Part shown: in pieces, positions 8,168 to 17,058 of the stretch | How positions within the stretch are numbered: position 1 is the first letter of the stretch | Layout: each line of letters begins with the position of its first letter | NCBI GenBank assembly: GCA_964556585.1 | Contig: CAZKXK010000002.1 | Location: forward strand, 1 to 32,539 | DNA length: 32,539 bases | Origin: an uncultured Anaerolineaceae bacterium | Lineage (GTDB): Bacteria; Chloroflexota; Limnocylindria; Limnocylindrales; CSP1-4 | Direction: 5' to 3' | Made by a program: the position numbers and the translations under genes | The notes under the pieces: generated by a model | The model's input: only the letters and a program-made list of their open reading frames with translations | Database searches by the model: none | What the model was told of the DNA's origin: nothing

Positions 8168-9025
8168 GTGACCGTGAAGGCAGGCAACCTTCCCGACAGT
8201 GTCTTCGCGCGCGAGCGCCAGCAGCAGATCGCGCGGCTCGTGGAGGAGGCTGGGCGGGCCCGGGTGACCGAGCTGGCCGGGACGTTCGGTGTCTCCGCGG
8301 TCACGATCCGCAAGGACCTGCTGGTCCTGGAAGGCAGGCGCCTGGTCATCCGCACGCATGGCGGTGCGATCGCCTTGGGTGAAAGCCGCCCGGAGCTTGC
8401 CTTCGAGATCCGGGAGAGACTGCAGCGCAGGGAGAAGGTTGGCATCGGGGCGGCTGCGGCAGCCCGCGTGAGCGATGGCGAGAGCATCGTCCTCGACGCA
8501 AGCACGACTGCCCTGTACGTCGCGCGCCACCTCAAGGCCCGCCAGGCCGCCTGGCACGGGTTGACCGTGGTGACCAACAGCATCCGGCTTGCCTCGGAGC
8601 TGGCCGGCCATCCGGGGATCACCGTCCTGATGCTCGGCGGCCGCGTCCGCTGGGAAGCCCTCTCGGTCGTCGGGCCGCTCGGCGATGGCTTCTTCCGGCG
8701 GGTGAACGTGCAGAAGGCGTTCCTCGGCGCGGCCGGGTTCTCCATCGAGGCGGGCCTCTCGGACGCGATGGAGGAGGAGGCCCAGATCAAGCGGTCGATG
8801 GTCAACGCGGCCCGAGAGGTCTATGCCGTCGTGGATCACACCAAGTGGGGTCGCCTGGCCCTGGCCACGTTCTGCCGCACGGACCGCCTGGCCGGCGTGT
8901 TCACCGACGGCGGCGCGTCCGCGGAGATGGTCGCCGCGCTCCGCGGTGCGGGAATCCCGGTGATCGAGGCAGGCCAGCCCGGCGCTGCCGATGGCGCCGG
9001 CCCCAGGGGAGACGGAGCGTCGTGA
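8168..9025 (+). CDS. DeoR-family transcriptional regulator (probable rhamnose-module regulator)
   Basis: GTG at 8168 follows GGAGAG. The N-terminal HTH is 'ELAGTFGVSAVTIRKDLLVLE', followed by a DeoR C-terminal sugar-phosphate-sensor-like domain (IVLDASTT, VVTNS). The stop overlaps the ABC ATPase start (GTGA). Confidence 0.75.
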   Translation: MTVKAGNLPDSVFARERQQQIARLVEEAGRARVTELAGTFGVSAVTIRKDLLVLEGRRLVIRTHGGAIALGESRPELAFEIRERLQRREKVGIGAAAAARVSDGESIVLDASTTALYVARHLKARQAAWHGLTVVTNSIRLASELAGHPGITVLMLGGRVRWEALSVVGPLGDGFFRRVNVQKAFLGAAGFSIEAGLSDAMEEEAQIKRSMVNAAREVYAVVDHTKWGRLALATFCRTDRLAGVFTDGGASAEMVAALRGAGIPVIEAGQPGAADGAGPRGDGAS

Positions 9026-10653
9026 CGCTGCAGCCTGCGGCACCCGCCGTGGCCGCGGATCCCGGAACCGGGTCCGGGTCCGTGCCGCCCAGGGTCGAGC
9101 TGCGAGGGATCTCGAAGCGGTTCGGGCCGACCGCCGCGCTGAGTGACGTGTCCATGGACCTGCGGGCCGGCGAGATCCACGCGTTGGTGGGGGAGAACGG
9201 CGCCGGCAAGAGCACGCTGGTCAAGATCCTGGCCGGTGTGCACGTCCCGGACGCCGGCACGATCCTCCTCGACGGCATCCCGACCCAGATCCTCGATCCG
9301 ATGGCCGCCCGTGCGCACCGCGTCGCCGTCGTGCACCAGGAGCCCCGCCTTTTCCCGGACCTGTCGGTTGCCGAGAACGTCTTCCTGGCAAGCCCGCCGA
9401 GAGGCCGCCTGGGGGCGATCTCGTGGCGAGAGATGCGGCGCGCAGCCGCCGCGCTCTTCGCGCAGCTGGACGTCCGGCTCGACGTCAGCGCCCCGGTCCG
9501 GGGCCTGTCGATGGCCGACCAGCAGCTGATCGAGATCGCCAAGGCGCTGTCCATGGATGCCCGGGTCCTGATCCTCGACGAGCCGACAGCCTCGCTCTCG
9601 GCCCACGAGGTGGAGCGCCTGTTCGCGATCGTCCGCCGCACGCGGGACCGCGGGGTGGCCATCCTCTTCGTCAGCCATCGGCTCGACGAGGTCTTCGCGC
9701 TCAGCGACCGGGCCACGGTCTTCCGCGACGGTCGCCACGTGATCACCGCCGTCACGCGGGAGCTGACCACGTCCGACCTGATCCGCCACATGGTGGGCCG
9801 GTCGGTGACGCTCTTCCCCAAGGGACAGGCCGCCATTGGCGAGGTCCTGCTCGAAGTGCGGGGGCTGACCCGGGCAGGCGAGTTCCGCGACGTCAGCTTC
9901 ACGGTTCGTGCGGGCGAGATCCTTGGCATGTCCGGCCTGGTCGGCGCCGGACGCACGGAGATCGCCCGCGTCCTCTTCGGCATCGCCCAACCCACGGCCG
10001 GCGAAGTCCGCCTCGACGGCCGGCCGGTCCACTTCGCGACGCCGTCCGCCGCGCTCCGGGCCGGGATCGCGTACGTCCCCGAGGACCGCCACCAGGACGG
10101 CCTCATCATGGACTTCTCGATCGCGGACAACGTCACGCTGCCCATCCTGGCGCGCCTGTTCCCCCGGCTGATCGTGCGCCGCTCGACGGAGCGCACGCTT
10201 GCCAGGCAATACACCGAGCAGCTCCAGGTCCGCGCGACGGGTGTCGACCAGCTTGTGCAGGCACTCTCGGGGGGCAACCAGCAGAAGGTGGTCATCGCCA
10301 AATGGTTGGCCACCCGGCCCCGCGTCCTGATCCTCGACGAGCCGACCCGGGGCGTCGACATCGGCGCGAAGGTCGAGGTCCACCGCATCATGTCGGACCT
10401 CGCCGCGTCTGGCCTGGGCATCATCCTGATCTCGAGTGAGCTGCCGGAGATCCTGGCGATGAGCGACCGGATCCTCGTCCTCCACGAGGGCCAGGTGACC
10501 GCCGAGATCGCCCGGGGGGACGCGACCGAGGAGCGAATCATGTTCGCGGCCACGGGCCAGGTCGAGCCGCCGGAGGTCCCGCTGCCGACCGGGCTGGCAT
10601 TCGCCCAGGTCGCCTCCCCACCCACCTCGAGCGAGGCGACCGATGTCCGCTGA
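9022..10653 (+). CDS. sugar ABC transporter ATP-binding protein with duplicated NBD (RbsA/RhaT-like)
   Basis: NBD1 has GENGAGKST and LILDEPTASL. NBD2 has GLVGAGRTE, LSGGNQQK and LILDEPTRGVD. The start is inferred from the GTGA overlap at 9022. An alternative in-frame GTG lies at 9082. Confidence 0.8.
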   Translation: MTLQPAAPAVAADPGTGSGSVPPRVELRGISKRFGPTAALSDVSMDLRAGEIHALVGENGAGKSTLVKILAGVHVPDAGTILLDGIPTQILDPMAARAHRVAVVHQEPRLFPDLSVAENVFLASPPRGRLGAISWREMRRAAAALFAQLDVRLDVSAPVRGLSMADQQLIEIAKALSMDARVLILDEPTASLSAHEVERLFAIVRRTRDRGVAILFVSHRLDEVFALSDRATVFRDGRHVITAVTRELTTSDLIRHMVGRSVTLFPKGQAAIGEVLLEVRGLTRAGEFRDVSFTVRAGEILGMSGLVGAGRTEIARVLFGIAQPTAGEVRLDGRPVHFATPSAALRAGIAYVPEDRHQDGLIMDFSIADNVTLPILARLFPRLIVRRSTERTLARQYTEQLQVRATGVDQLVQALSGGNQQKVVIAKWLATRPRVLILDEPTRGVDIGAKVEVHRIMSDLAASGLGIILISSELPEILAMSDRILVLHEGQVTAEIARGDATEERIMFAATGQVEPPEVPLPTGLAFAQVASPPTSSEATDVR

Positions 10654-11668
10654 GCTTGCCGCCGGGCCGGCCGGACGTGGCGTCGCGGCCCGCGCCGCCA
10701 GCGCGGTGGGGCGCTCGCGCGAGCTGACCCTCACCGGCGTCATGGTCCTGCTCTGCCTCGTGGTGGCGTTCCAGGCGCCGGACTTCCTGTCGCTCTCGAA
10801 CATGAGCCAGGTGACCACGCTCGCCGCCATCATCGCGATCGCGGCGGTCGGTGAGGCCATGGTCATCATCACCAAGAACGTGGACCTGTCGGTCGAGTCG
10901 ACGATCGGCCTCGTCGCCTTCGTGGTCGCCGACGTCCTGCGCCAGAAGGCCCTGCCTGTGCCGGCCGCGTGGCTCGTCGGGGTCGGCCTCGGCCTCGCGC
11001 TGGGGATGGCCAACGGCGTGATCATCACGCTGCTGCGCGTTCCTTCGCTGGTGGCCACCCTCGGGACGCTGAGCATCTTCCGCGGGCTCGACTTCTTCGT
11101 GGCCGGCGGGCACGAGGTGAACCTGGCGGACCTGCCGGCCGGGTACTCGGACGCGGCGACCCAGGCGTTCTTCGGCGTGCCGCTCTTCGTGATCCTCGCG
11201 GTCGTGGTCGTGGTCGCCGTCGCGCTGATCCTGCGCCTGACGCCCTTCGGCCGGCAACTCTACGCGGTGGGCAGCAACGCCGAGGCCGCCACGATCATCG
11301 GCATCCGGTCGCGCCTCGTCATCTTCGGCGCATTCGCGGGCGCGGGCCTGCTGGCCGGCGTGGCCGGCGTCCTGTGGGGCATCGAGTTCGGGACGATCTA
11401 CGCGACCTCGGCCTCCGGCGTCGCGCTCCAGATCATCGCCGCGGTGGTCGTCGGCGGGGTCACGATCGCCGGCGGATCCGGCACGGTCGTCGGCGCTGCC
11501 CTGGGCGCGCTGTTCCTTGGCCTGATCAACAACGCGCTCCTGTTGCTCCAGATGCCCCAGGAGCTGCTCCAGGTGATCTACGGTGCGGTGATCCTGGTCG
11601 CCGTCAGTGCCGATGCCATCATCGCGCAGCGGGAGCGACGGCTCGCCGCGGAGCGCGCGCTCCGATGA
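10643..11668 (+). CDS. sugar ABC transporter permease (RbsC/AraH-type)
   Basis: Polytopic membrane protein with 'KNVDLSVESTIGL'. ATG at 10643 overlaps the ATPase stop by 11 nt. Confidence 0.8.
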   Translation: MSAELAAGPAGRGVAARAASAVGRSRELTLTGVMVLLCLVVAFQAPDFLSLSNMSQVTTLAAIIAIAAVGEAMVIITKNVDLSVESTIGLVAFVVADVLRQKALPVPAAWLVGVGLGLALGMANGVIITLLRVPSLVATLGTLSIFRGLDFFVAGGHEVNLADLPAGYSDAATQAFFGVPLFVILAVVVVVAVALILRLTPFGRQLYAVGSNAEAATIIGIRSRLVIFGAFAGAGLLAGVAGVLWGIEFGTIYATSASGVALQIIAAVVVGGVTIAGGSGTVVGAALGALFLGLINNALLLLQMPQELLQVIYGAVILVAVSADAIIAQRERRLAAERALR

Positions 11669-12765
11669 CCGGGACGCCCGGCTTCGCCACGGATTCCGGC
11701 GCGACGCCCGGTGGTGGCGTCCAGCCGGCCGCGGAGCGCCGCTCGCCGCTCCAGCGCCTCCCCGCGCTCCTGCGCTGGGAATCCCTCCTGCTCCTCATCC
11801 TCGCGCTCCTCGTCGTCGAGGGCGCCCGCATCTCGAAGTTCTTCCTGACGGGATCCAACTTCTCGAACCTCGTCAGCGCGGAGATGGAAGTCGCGATCGT
11901 CGCCCTGCCCATGACCCTGATCATCATCACCGGCGAGATCGACCTGTCGGTCGAGTCGATGATCGGACTCTCGGGGGCCATCCTCGGCTGGCTCTGGTCG
12001 GTCGGGGTCCCCCTCCAGGTCGGCATCCCGGTGGTGCTCGTGGTTGGAGCGCTGGGTGGGTTGCTCAACGGACTGCTCGTGGCCCGGGTCGGCGTGCCGT
12101 CCCTCGTGGTGACGCTCGGGACGCTGGCCCTCTTCCGGGGCCTGGCCAACGTCGTGCTCGGGCCGAACGCCATCAGCAACTTTCCCGCGGGCTTCACGGC
12201 CTTTGGATTCAACAATATCCCGGGCACGCCGGTCCCCTGGACGCTCATCGTCTTCGCGGTGCTCGGCCTCGCGTTCTGGCTCGTGGCCCACGGAACGTGG
12301 ATCGGCCGGCAGGTGTTCGCGGTCGGCAAGAACAAGGACGCGGCCCGCTACGCCGGAATCCGGGTCGGCCGCCTCAAGACCGCTCTCTTCGTGGTGTCCG
12401 GGCTGATCGCCGCGTTTGCCGGCGTCATCCTCACCTCGCGCTTCTCGAGCGCCCGGTCCGACAACGGGACCGGCCTGACGCTGGTCGTGGTGACCATCGT
12501 GCTGCTCGGCGGCGTGGACATCAACGGCGGGAAGGGCACCGTCCCGGGCGTCATCATCGCCGTCTTCACGCTGTCAGTGCTCCAGAACGCCCTGCGGCTC
12601 GCGGGCGTGTCGAGCGAATACCAGGCGGTTGCCGTCGGGCTGCTCCTGATCGGCTCGGTCACCGCACCCTACCTTGCTCGCCAGACCAGGTTGCTCGCCG
12701 ATCGAGCTCGCCGAGGCCGGCCCCCGCCGGCCGGCTCGATCGCGCCTGGCGAGGTTGTCGGATAG
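11665..12765 (+). CDS. sugar ABC transporter permease (RbsC/AraH-type), second subunit
   Basis: ATG at 11665 forms an ATGA overlap. 'GEIDLSVESMIGL' is present in a polytopic protein. It is part of the longer track ORF 10969..12765. Confidence 0.8.
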   Translation: MTGTPGFATDSGATPGGGVQPAAERRSPLQRLPALLRWESLLLLILALLVVEGARISKFFLTGSNFSNLVSAEMEVAIVALPMTLIIITGEIDLSVESMIGLSGAILGWLWSVGVPLQVGIPVVLVVGALGGLLNGLLVARVGVPSLVVTLGTLALFRGLANVVLGPNAISNFPAGFTAFGFNNIPGTPVPWTLIVFAVLGLAFWLVAHGTWIGRQVFAVGKNKDAARYAGIRVGRLKTALFVVSGLIAAFAGVILTSRFSSARSDNGTGLTLVVVTIVLLGGVDINGGKGTVPGVIIAVFTLSVLQNALRLAGVSSEYQAVAVGLLLIGSVTAPYLARQTRLLADRARRGRPPPAGSIAPGEVVG

Positions 12766-12788
12766 AGACTCGAGGAGGAGAACGTTCC

Positions 12789-13922
12789 ATGATCCATCGC
12801 GTTCATCAGCTCGCCGCGAGCGTGGCCATCGTGGCCCTCGTGGCGGGGGCCTGCAGCTCGTCGGCTACGCCGGCGCCGACGGCGGTCCCGTCGGTCGCGG
12901 CCCCGTCCGCGGCCGCGTCGGTCGCGGCCCCGTCCGCGGCCCCGTCGGTCGCCCCGTCCGCCGCCGCGTCGCCGTCCGCTGCTGCGCTCACCGTCGTCGT
13001 CATCCCCAAGCAGATCAACAACCCGTACTTCGACGTCGCCTTCAAGGGCGCCCAGAAGGCAGCCACGGACCTGGGTGGGACCGTCACGCAGGTCGGCCCG
13101 AGCGCGGCGGATGCCACGCAGCAGGTCCCCTTCATCCAGACCGCGACCACGCAGGGCGTCAGCGCCATCGTGATCTCGGCCGACGACGCCACGGCCGTCG
13201 CCCCCGCCCTCCAGGCCGCCATGGCCGCGGGAGTCAAGGTCGTGGGCTATGACTCCAGCCCGGCCGTCGGCGCCTACAACGTCTTCGTGAACCAGGCCGA
13301 CACGGCCGGCATCGGCAAGGGCCTTGCCGACATGGCGTGCGACGAAGCCCCCAACTGCACGGGCGAGATCGCCGTCCTCTCCGCAGCGCAGTCGGCGACG
13401 AACCAGAACGCCTGGATCGCCGCCATGAAGACCACGCTCAAGGATCCCAAGTACAAGGGCCTCGTGCTCGACGGCGTCGTCTACGGCAACGACGACCCGC
13501 AGATCAGCACGACGCAGGCGCAGGGCCTGCTCCAGGCGCACCCGAACCTCAAGGTCATCATCGCCCCGACCACCGTCGGCATCGTCGCCGCCGCCCAGGT
13601 CGTCCGGGCGGCCAAGAAGACCGGCTCCGTGTTCGTGACCGGCCTCGGTACCCCCAAGGGCATGCAGGACTACGTGAAGGGCGGCGAGGCGCCGGAGTTC
13701 GCGCTCTGGAACGTCACCGACCTCGGCTACCTGGCCTACGCGGTCGCGGCCGACCTCGTGAACGGCACGATCAAGGGCAACCCGGGCGATACCTTCACGG
13801 TCCCCAGCCTCAACAACGGCCAGCCCTACACGATCGGCCAGGACAGCGTCGTCGTCCTCGGCCCGCCGTTCGTCTTCAACAAGGACAACATCGACCAGTT
13901 CGTCGCGTCGTTCGGCTTCTAG
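12789..13922 (+). CDS. periplasmic-binding-protein type I sugar-binding lipoprotein; by context the rhamnose-binding component
   Basis: ATG at 12789 follows GAGGAGGAG. The signal peptide ends ...ALVAGAC, followed by an Ala/Pro/Ser tether. The PBP1 core starts 'VVIPKQINNPYFD'. It lies directly upstream of rhaM-rhaB-rhaI. Confidence 0.75.
   Translation: MIHRVHQLAASVAIVALVAGACSSSATPAPTAVPSVAAPSAAASVAAPSAAPSVAPSAAASPSAAALTVVVIPKQINNPYFDVAFKGAQKAATDLGGTVTQVGPSAADATQQVPFIQTATTQGVSAIVISADDATAVAPALQAAMAAGVKVVGYDSSPAVGAYNVFVNQADTAGIGKGLADMACDEAPNCTGEIAVLSAAQSATNQNAWIAAMKTTLKDPKYKGLVLDGVVYGNDDPQISTTQAQGLLQAHPNLKVIIAPTTVGIVAAAQVVRAAKKTGSVFVTGLGTPKGMQDYVKGGEAPEFALWNVTDLGYLAYAVAADLVNGTIKGNPGDTFTVPSLNNGQPYTIGQDSVVVLGPPFVFNKDNIDQFVASFGF
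12891..12986 (+). repeat. in-frame imperfect tandem repeat (27+27+24+18 nt) encoding the Ala/Pro/Ser tether of the binding lipoprotein
   Basis: The units are tcggtcgcggccccgtccgcggccgcg, tcggtcgcggccccgtccgcggccccg, tcggtcgccccgtccgccgccgcg and tcgccgtccgctgctgcg. They encode SVAAPSAAA, SVAAPSAAP, SVAPSAAA and SPSAAA. Confidence 0.8.
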
Positions 13923-13935
13923 CTCCGAGCGCGCC

Positions 13936-13970
13936 GAGGACCCCGGCGGCGACGAGCCGCCGGGGTCCTC
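13936..13970 (+). terminator. perfect 15-bp stem / 5-nt loop hairpin between the binding-protein gene and rhaM (intra-operon attenuator or mRNA-stabilising stem-loop; no U-tract)
   Basis: GAGGACCCCGGCGGC-gacga-GCCGCCGGGGTCCTC starts 14 nt after the stop at 13922. Confidence 0.5.
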
Positions 13971-13992
13971 ACGCTGCGGCACGAGGATTGCC

Positions 13993-14307
13993 ATGGAACG
14001 TGTCGCCTTCACGATGCGCCTCCTGCCCGGCGCGGAAGCCGAATACCGGCGCCGCCACGCCGCGGTCTGGCCGGAGATGCTCGACGCGCTGCGCGCGGCG
14101 GGCTGCCGCGACTACTCGATCTACCTGCGGGACGCCGACCTGTTCGGCGTGTTCGAGGTGGACGACTTCGACCGCTTCCGGGCCCTGATGGACGCGGCGC
14201 CGGTCAACGCCCGCTGGCAGGCCGAGATGGCCCTGCTGATCGACCCATGCACCGACCCGGAGACCGGCTTCCACCGGCGCCTGGACGAGGTGTTCCGCCT
14301 TGACTGA
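13993..14307 (+). CDS. rhaM: L-rhamnose mutarotase
   Basis: The 104-aa product is colinear with E. coli YiiL/RhaM as I recall it: 'AFTMRLLPGAEAEYRRRHAAVWPEM...YSIYL...LDEVFRLD'. Confidence 0.85.
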   Translation: MERVAFTMRLLPGAEAEYRRRHAAVWPEMLDALRAAGCRDYSIYLRDADLFGVFEVDDFDRFRALMDAAPVNARWQAEMALLIDPCTDPETGFHRRLDEVFRLD

Positions 14308-15808
14308 CTCGCCCCTCCGCCTGGTCGCGGTCGACCTGGGTGCGGAGAGCGGCCGCGTCGTGGTCGGTGCCTTCGACGGCGGGCGCCTGGCGCTCCACGA
14401 CGTCTGCAGGTTCCCGAACGTGCCGGTCATGCTGAACGGGACGCTCCACTGGGATTTCCTGCGCCTCTTCGGCGACGTCTCCACGGGCCTCCGGGCGGCG
14501 GCTGCCGACGGCCCGGCCACCTCCATCGGGGTGGACACCTGGGGCGTCGACTTCGGCCTTCTCGACGCGCGCGGCCGCCTCCTGGGCAACCCCGTCCACT
14601 ATCGCGACGCACGGACCGCGGGCATGGTCGACGAGGCCCTCGCGATCGTTCCCCGCGCGGAGATCTACGGCGCCACGGGCATCCAGTTCATACCCATCAA
14701 CACGCTGTACCAGCTGTTCTCGATGGCACGCGCCGGCGACCCGCAGCTCGGCGCGGCGGACCGGTTGCTCATGATGGGCGACCTCTTCGCCCACTTCCTG
14801 TGCGGGAGCTCGTTCGCCGAGTACACGAACGCAAGCACCAGCCAGATGCTCGATCCATTCACCCGTGACTGGGCGCGCCCGCTGCTGGAACGGCTGGGCA
14901 TCCCCACCGGGCTCCTCCCCGAGATCGTCCAGCCGGGCACGGTCCTCGGACCGCTCCGCCCCGACGTGGCCGCCGGGACGGGCCTCGCGGGTGCGCGGGT
15001 GGTCGCCCCGGGCTCCCACGACACGGCGTCCGCCGTGGTGGGAGCCCCGCTGGCGGACCGGTGGACCGCGTTCCTCTCGTCGGGGACCTGGTCCCTGATC
15101 GGGCTGGAGGTGGCGGCTCCGATTGTCTCCGGGGTGACCCTGGCCGCCAACCTGACCAACGAGGGCGGCGTGGCGGGCACGATTCGCCTGCTGCGCAACG
15201 TGATGGGGCTGTGGCTGATCCAGGAGACCAGGCGCGCATTGTGGCCGTCCGGCGACGCCCCGTCGTACGAGGAGCTGGCCGAGCTCGCCGAGGCTGCCCC
15301 CGCCTTCACGGCATTCATCGATCCGGACGACGAGCGCTTCCTGCGCCCCGGCGATCTGCCGGCCCGCGTCCGGGCCTTCTGCCGCGAGACCGGCCAGCGC
15401 GAACCTGGTGACACCGGCACGCTGGTGCGCGTGCTGCTCGAGAGCCTGGCGCTTCGCTACGCCATCGTCGTGGACGAGCTCGCCGCGGCGTCCGGCCACC
15501 CGGTGCGGGCGATCCACGTGGTGGGCGGCGGGTCGAACCACCGGCTCCTGTGCAGGCTGACCGCCGGCGCGACGGGCCTGCCGGTCCGGGCCGGTCCCGT
15601 CGAGGCGACCGCAATCGGCAACCTCGCCGTCCAGGCGATCGCCGCCGGGGAGCTCGCGTCGGTCGCCGAAGCGCGCCAGCTGGTGGCCCGCTCGTTCCCC
15701 ATCACCCTCTATGAGCCCGAAGGCGATTGGGCCGAGGCGCGCGCCCGGTTCGCTTCCCTGGTCGCTCGCCCCGCGCCACAGCGCGCCGACGCCGTCACGC
15801 CAGCCTGA
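14300..15808 (+). CDS. rhaB: rhamnulokinase (FGGY family)
   Basis: TTG start at 14300 overlaps the rhaM stop by 8 nt. 'LVAVDLGAESGRVV', 'GVDTWGVDFGLLD' and 'PINTLYQL' match the RhaB-type N-terminus. Confidence 0.8.
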   Translation: MTDSPLRLVAVDLGAESGRVVVGAFDGGRLALHDVCRFPNVPVMLNGTLHWDFLRLFGDVSTGLRAAAADGPATSIGVDTWGVDFGLLDARGRLLGNPVHYRDARTAGMVDEALAIVPRAEIYGATGIQFIPINTLYQLFSMARAGDPQLGAADRLLMMGDLFAHFLCGSSFAEYTNASTSQMLDPFTRDWARPLLERLGIPTGLLPEIVQPGTVLGPLRPDVAAGTGLAGARVVAPGSHDTASAVVGAPLADRWTAFLSSGTWSLIGLEVAAPIVSGVTLAANLTNEGGVAGTIRLLRNVMGLWLIQETRRALWPSGDAPSYEELAELAEAAPAFTAFIDPDDERFLRPGDLPARVRAFCRETGQREPGDTGTLVRVLLESLALRYAIVVDELAAASGHPVRAIHVVGGGSNHRLLCRLTAGATGLPVRAGPVEATAIGNLAVQAIAAGELASVAEARQLVARSFPITLYEPEGDWAEARARFASLVARPAPQRADAVTPA

Positions 15809-15824
15809 TCCGAAGGAGATCGCC

Positions 15825-17045
15825 ATGCCCCCGATCGCGTCCGTCACCCACCCGTCCACGGCCCCCGCCATCGAGCGGATCGGCTGGGCGATGTCCGGGC
15901 TCTCCGTCGAGCTGCCGTCGTGGGGCTTCGTCAACACCGGGACCCGGTTCGGGATCTTCCCGCAGCCTGGCGTGCCCCGCACCGCGTTCGAGAAGATCGA
16001 CGACGCGGCGACGGTCAACCGGTTCACGGGGATCACCGGCTCCGTTGCGCTCCACATCCCGTGGGACCGCGTCGACGATTGGCCGGCCTTCGCTGCCTAT
16101 GCCGCGGAGCGCGGTCTCCGGATCGGCGGCATCAACAGCAACACGTTCCAGGATCAGGACTACATGCTCGGCTCGCTCTGCCACCCATCGGCCGCGGTGC
16201 GGGCGAAGGCGGTCCGCGCGATCGTCGAGTGCTGCGAGATCGCGGCAGCGACCGGGTCGAAGGTCGTGAAGGTCTGGCTGGGAGACGGCACGAACTACCC
16301 GGGCCAGGACGACCTGCGCTGGCGGCGTCACCGCCTGGTGGACGGCCTGCGCGAGATCTACCCGCACCTCCCGGCTGGCGTGCGCCTGTTCCTCGAGTAC
16401 AAGCTCTATGAGCCGGCCCTCTACGCCACCGATGTCCAGGACTGGGGCCAGGCGCTGTCGGTCTGCCGCGCGGTCGGCGAGCAGGCCACCGTGTGCGTGG
16501 ACACGGGCCACCACGCCATGGGCGTCAACATCGAGCAGATCGTGGCGATCCTCCTCGCAGAGGGGCGACTGGGCGGCTTCGACCTCAACGACAAGAAGTA
16601 CGGCGACGACGACCTGATGGTGGGCTCGATCGATCCGTACCAGCTCTTCCGGATCGCCCATGAGCTGGTCAGCGCCATGCGCGACGATGCCGACGCGGTC
16701 GCCCGGCGCTGCGCGAACGATGTCGTCTACATGCTCGACCAGTGCCACAACATCGAGCCGAAGATCCCGGCCCTCATCCGCTCGGTCATGAACCTCCAGG
16801 AGGCGATGGCGAAGGCGCTCCTCGTCGACCGGGAGGCGCTGCTCGCCGCCCAGGCGAGCGGCGACGTCCTGGAGGCGAACCGGCTGCTCACGGACGCGTA
16901 TGCGACGGACGTCCGGCCGCACCTGGCCGAGCTGCGGGTCGCCCGCGGCCTGCCCGCGGACCCGTACCGGGCTTATCTCGACAGCGGCGAGGCCGAGGCC
17001 CGGGCTGCCGCGCGCGTGGGAGGCTCCGCGGCCGGCTGGGGCTGA
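15825..17045 (+). CDS. rhaI: L-rhamnose isomerase, xylose-isomerase-like TIM-barrel type (RhaI)
   Basis: ATG at 15825 follows AAGGAG. The size (406 aa), 'ELPSWGFVNTGTRFGIF' and the position after rhaB fit the Gram-positive/Pseudomonas stutzeri-type isomerase rather than E. coli RhaA. Confidence 0.75.
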   Translation: MPPIASVTHPSTAPAIERIGWAMSGLSVELPSWGFVNTGTRFGIFPQPGVPRTAFEKIDDAATVNRFTGITGSVALHIPWDRVDDWPAFAAYAAERGLRIGGINSNTFQDQDYMLGSLCHPSAAVRAKAVRAIVECCEIAAATGSKVVKVWLGDGTNYPGQDDLRWRRHRLVDGLREIYPHLPAGVRLFLEYKLYEPALYATDVQDWGQALSVCRAVGEQATVCVDTGHHAMGVNIEQIVAILLAEGRLGGFDLNDKKYGDDDLMVGSIDPYQLFRIAHELVSAMRDDADAVARRCANDVVYMLDQCHNIEPKIPALIRSVMNLQEAMAKALLVDREALLAAQASGDVLEANRLLTDAYATDVRPHLAELRVARGLPADPYRAYLDSGEAEARAAARVGGSAAGWG

Positions 17046-17058
17046 CGCACGGGGCCGC

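Noticed and set aside
8836-11076. 746-aa and 574-aa minus-strand ORFs (8836..11076, 8901..10625).
   Set aside because: They are antisense to the ABC ATPase and permease, which carry Walker A/B and signature motifs. The translations are low-complexity and Arg/Pro/Ser-rich.
12891-12986. Possible CRISPR array or minisatellite.
   Set aside because: The repeats are contiguous, with no spacers. They are in frame and encode an Ala/Pro/Ser lipoprotein linker. No cas genes are present.
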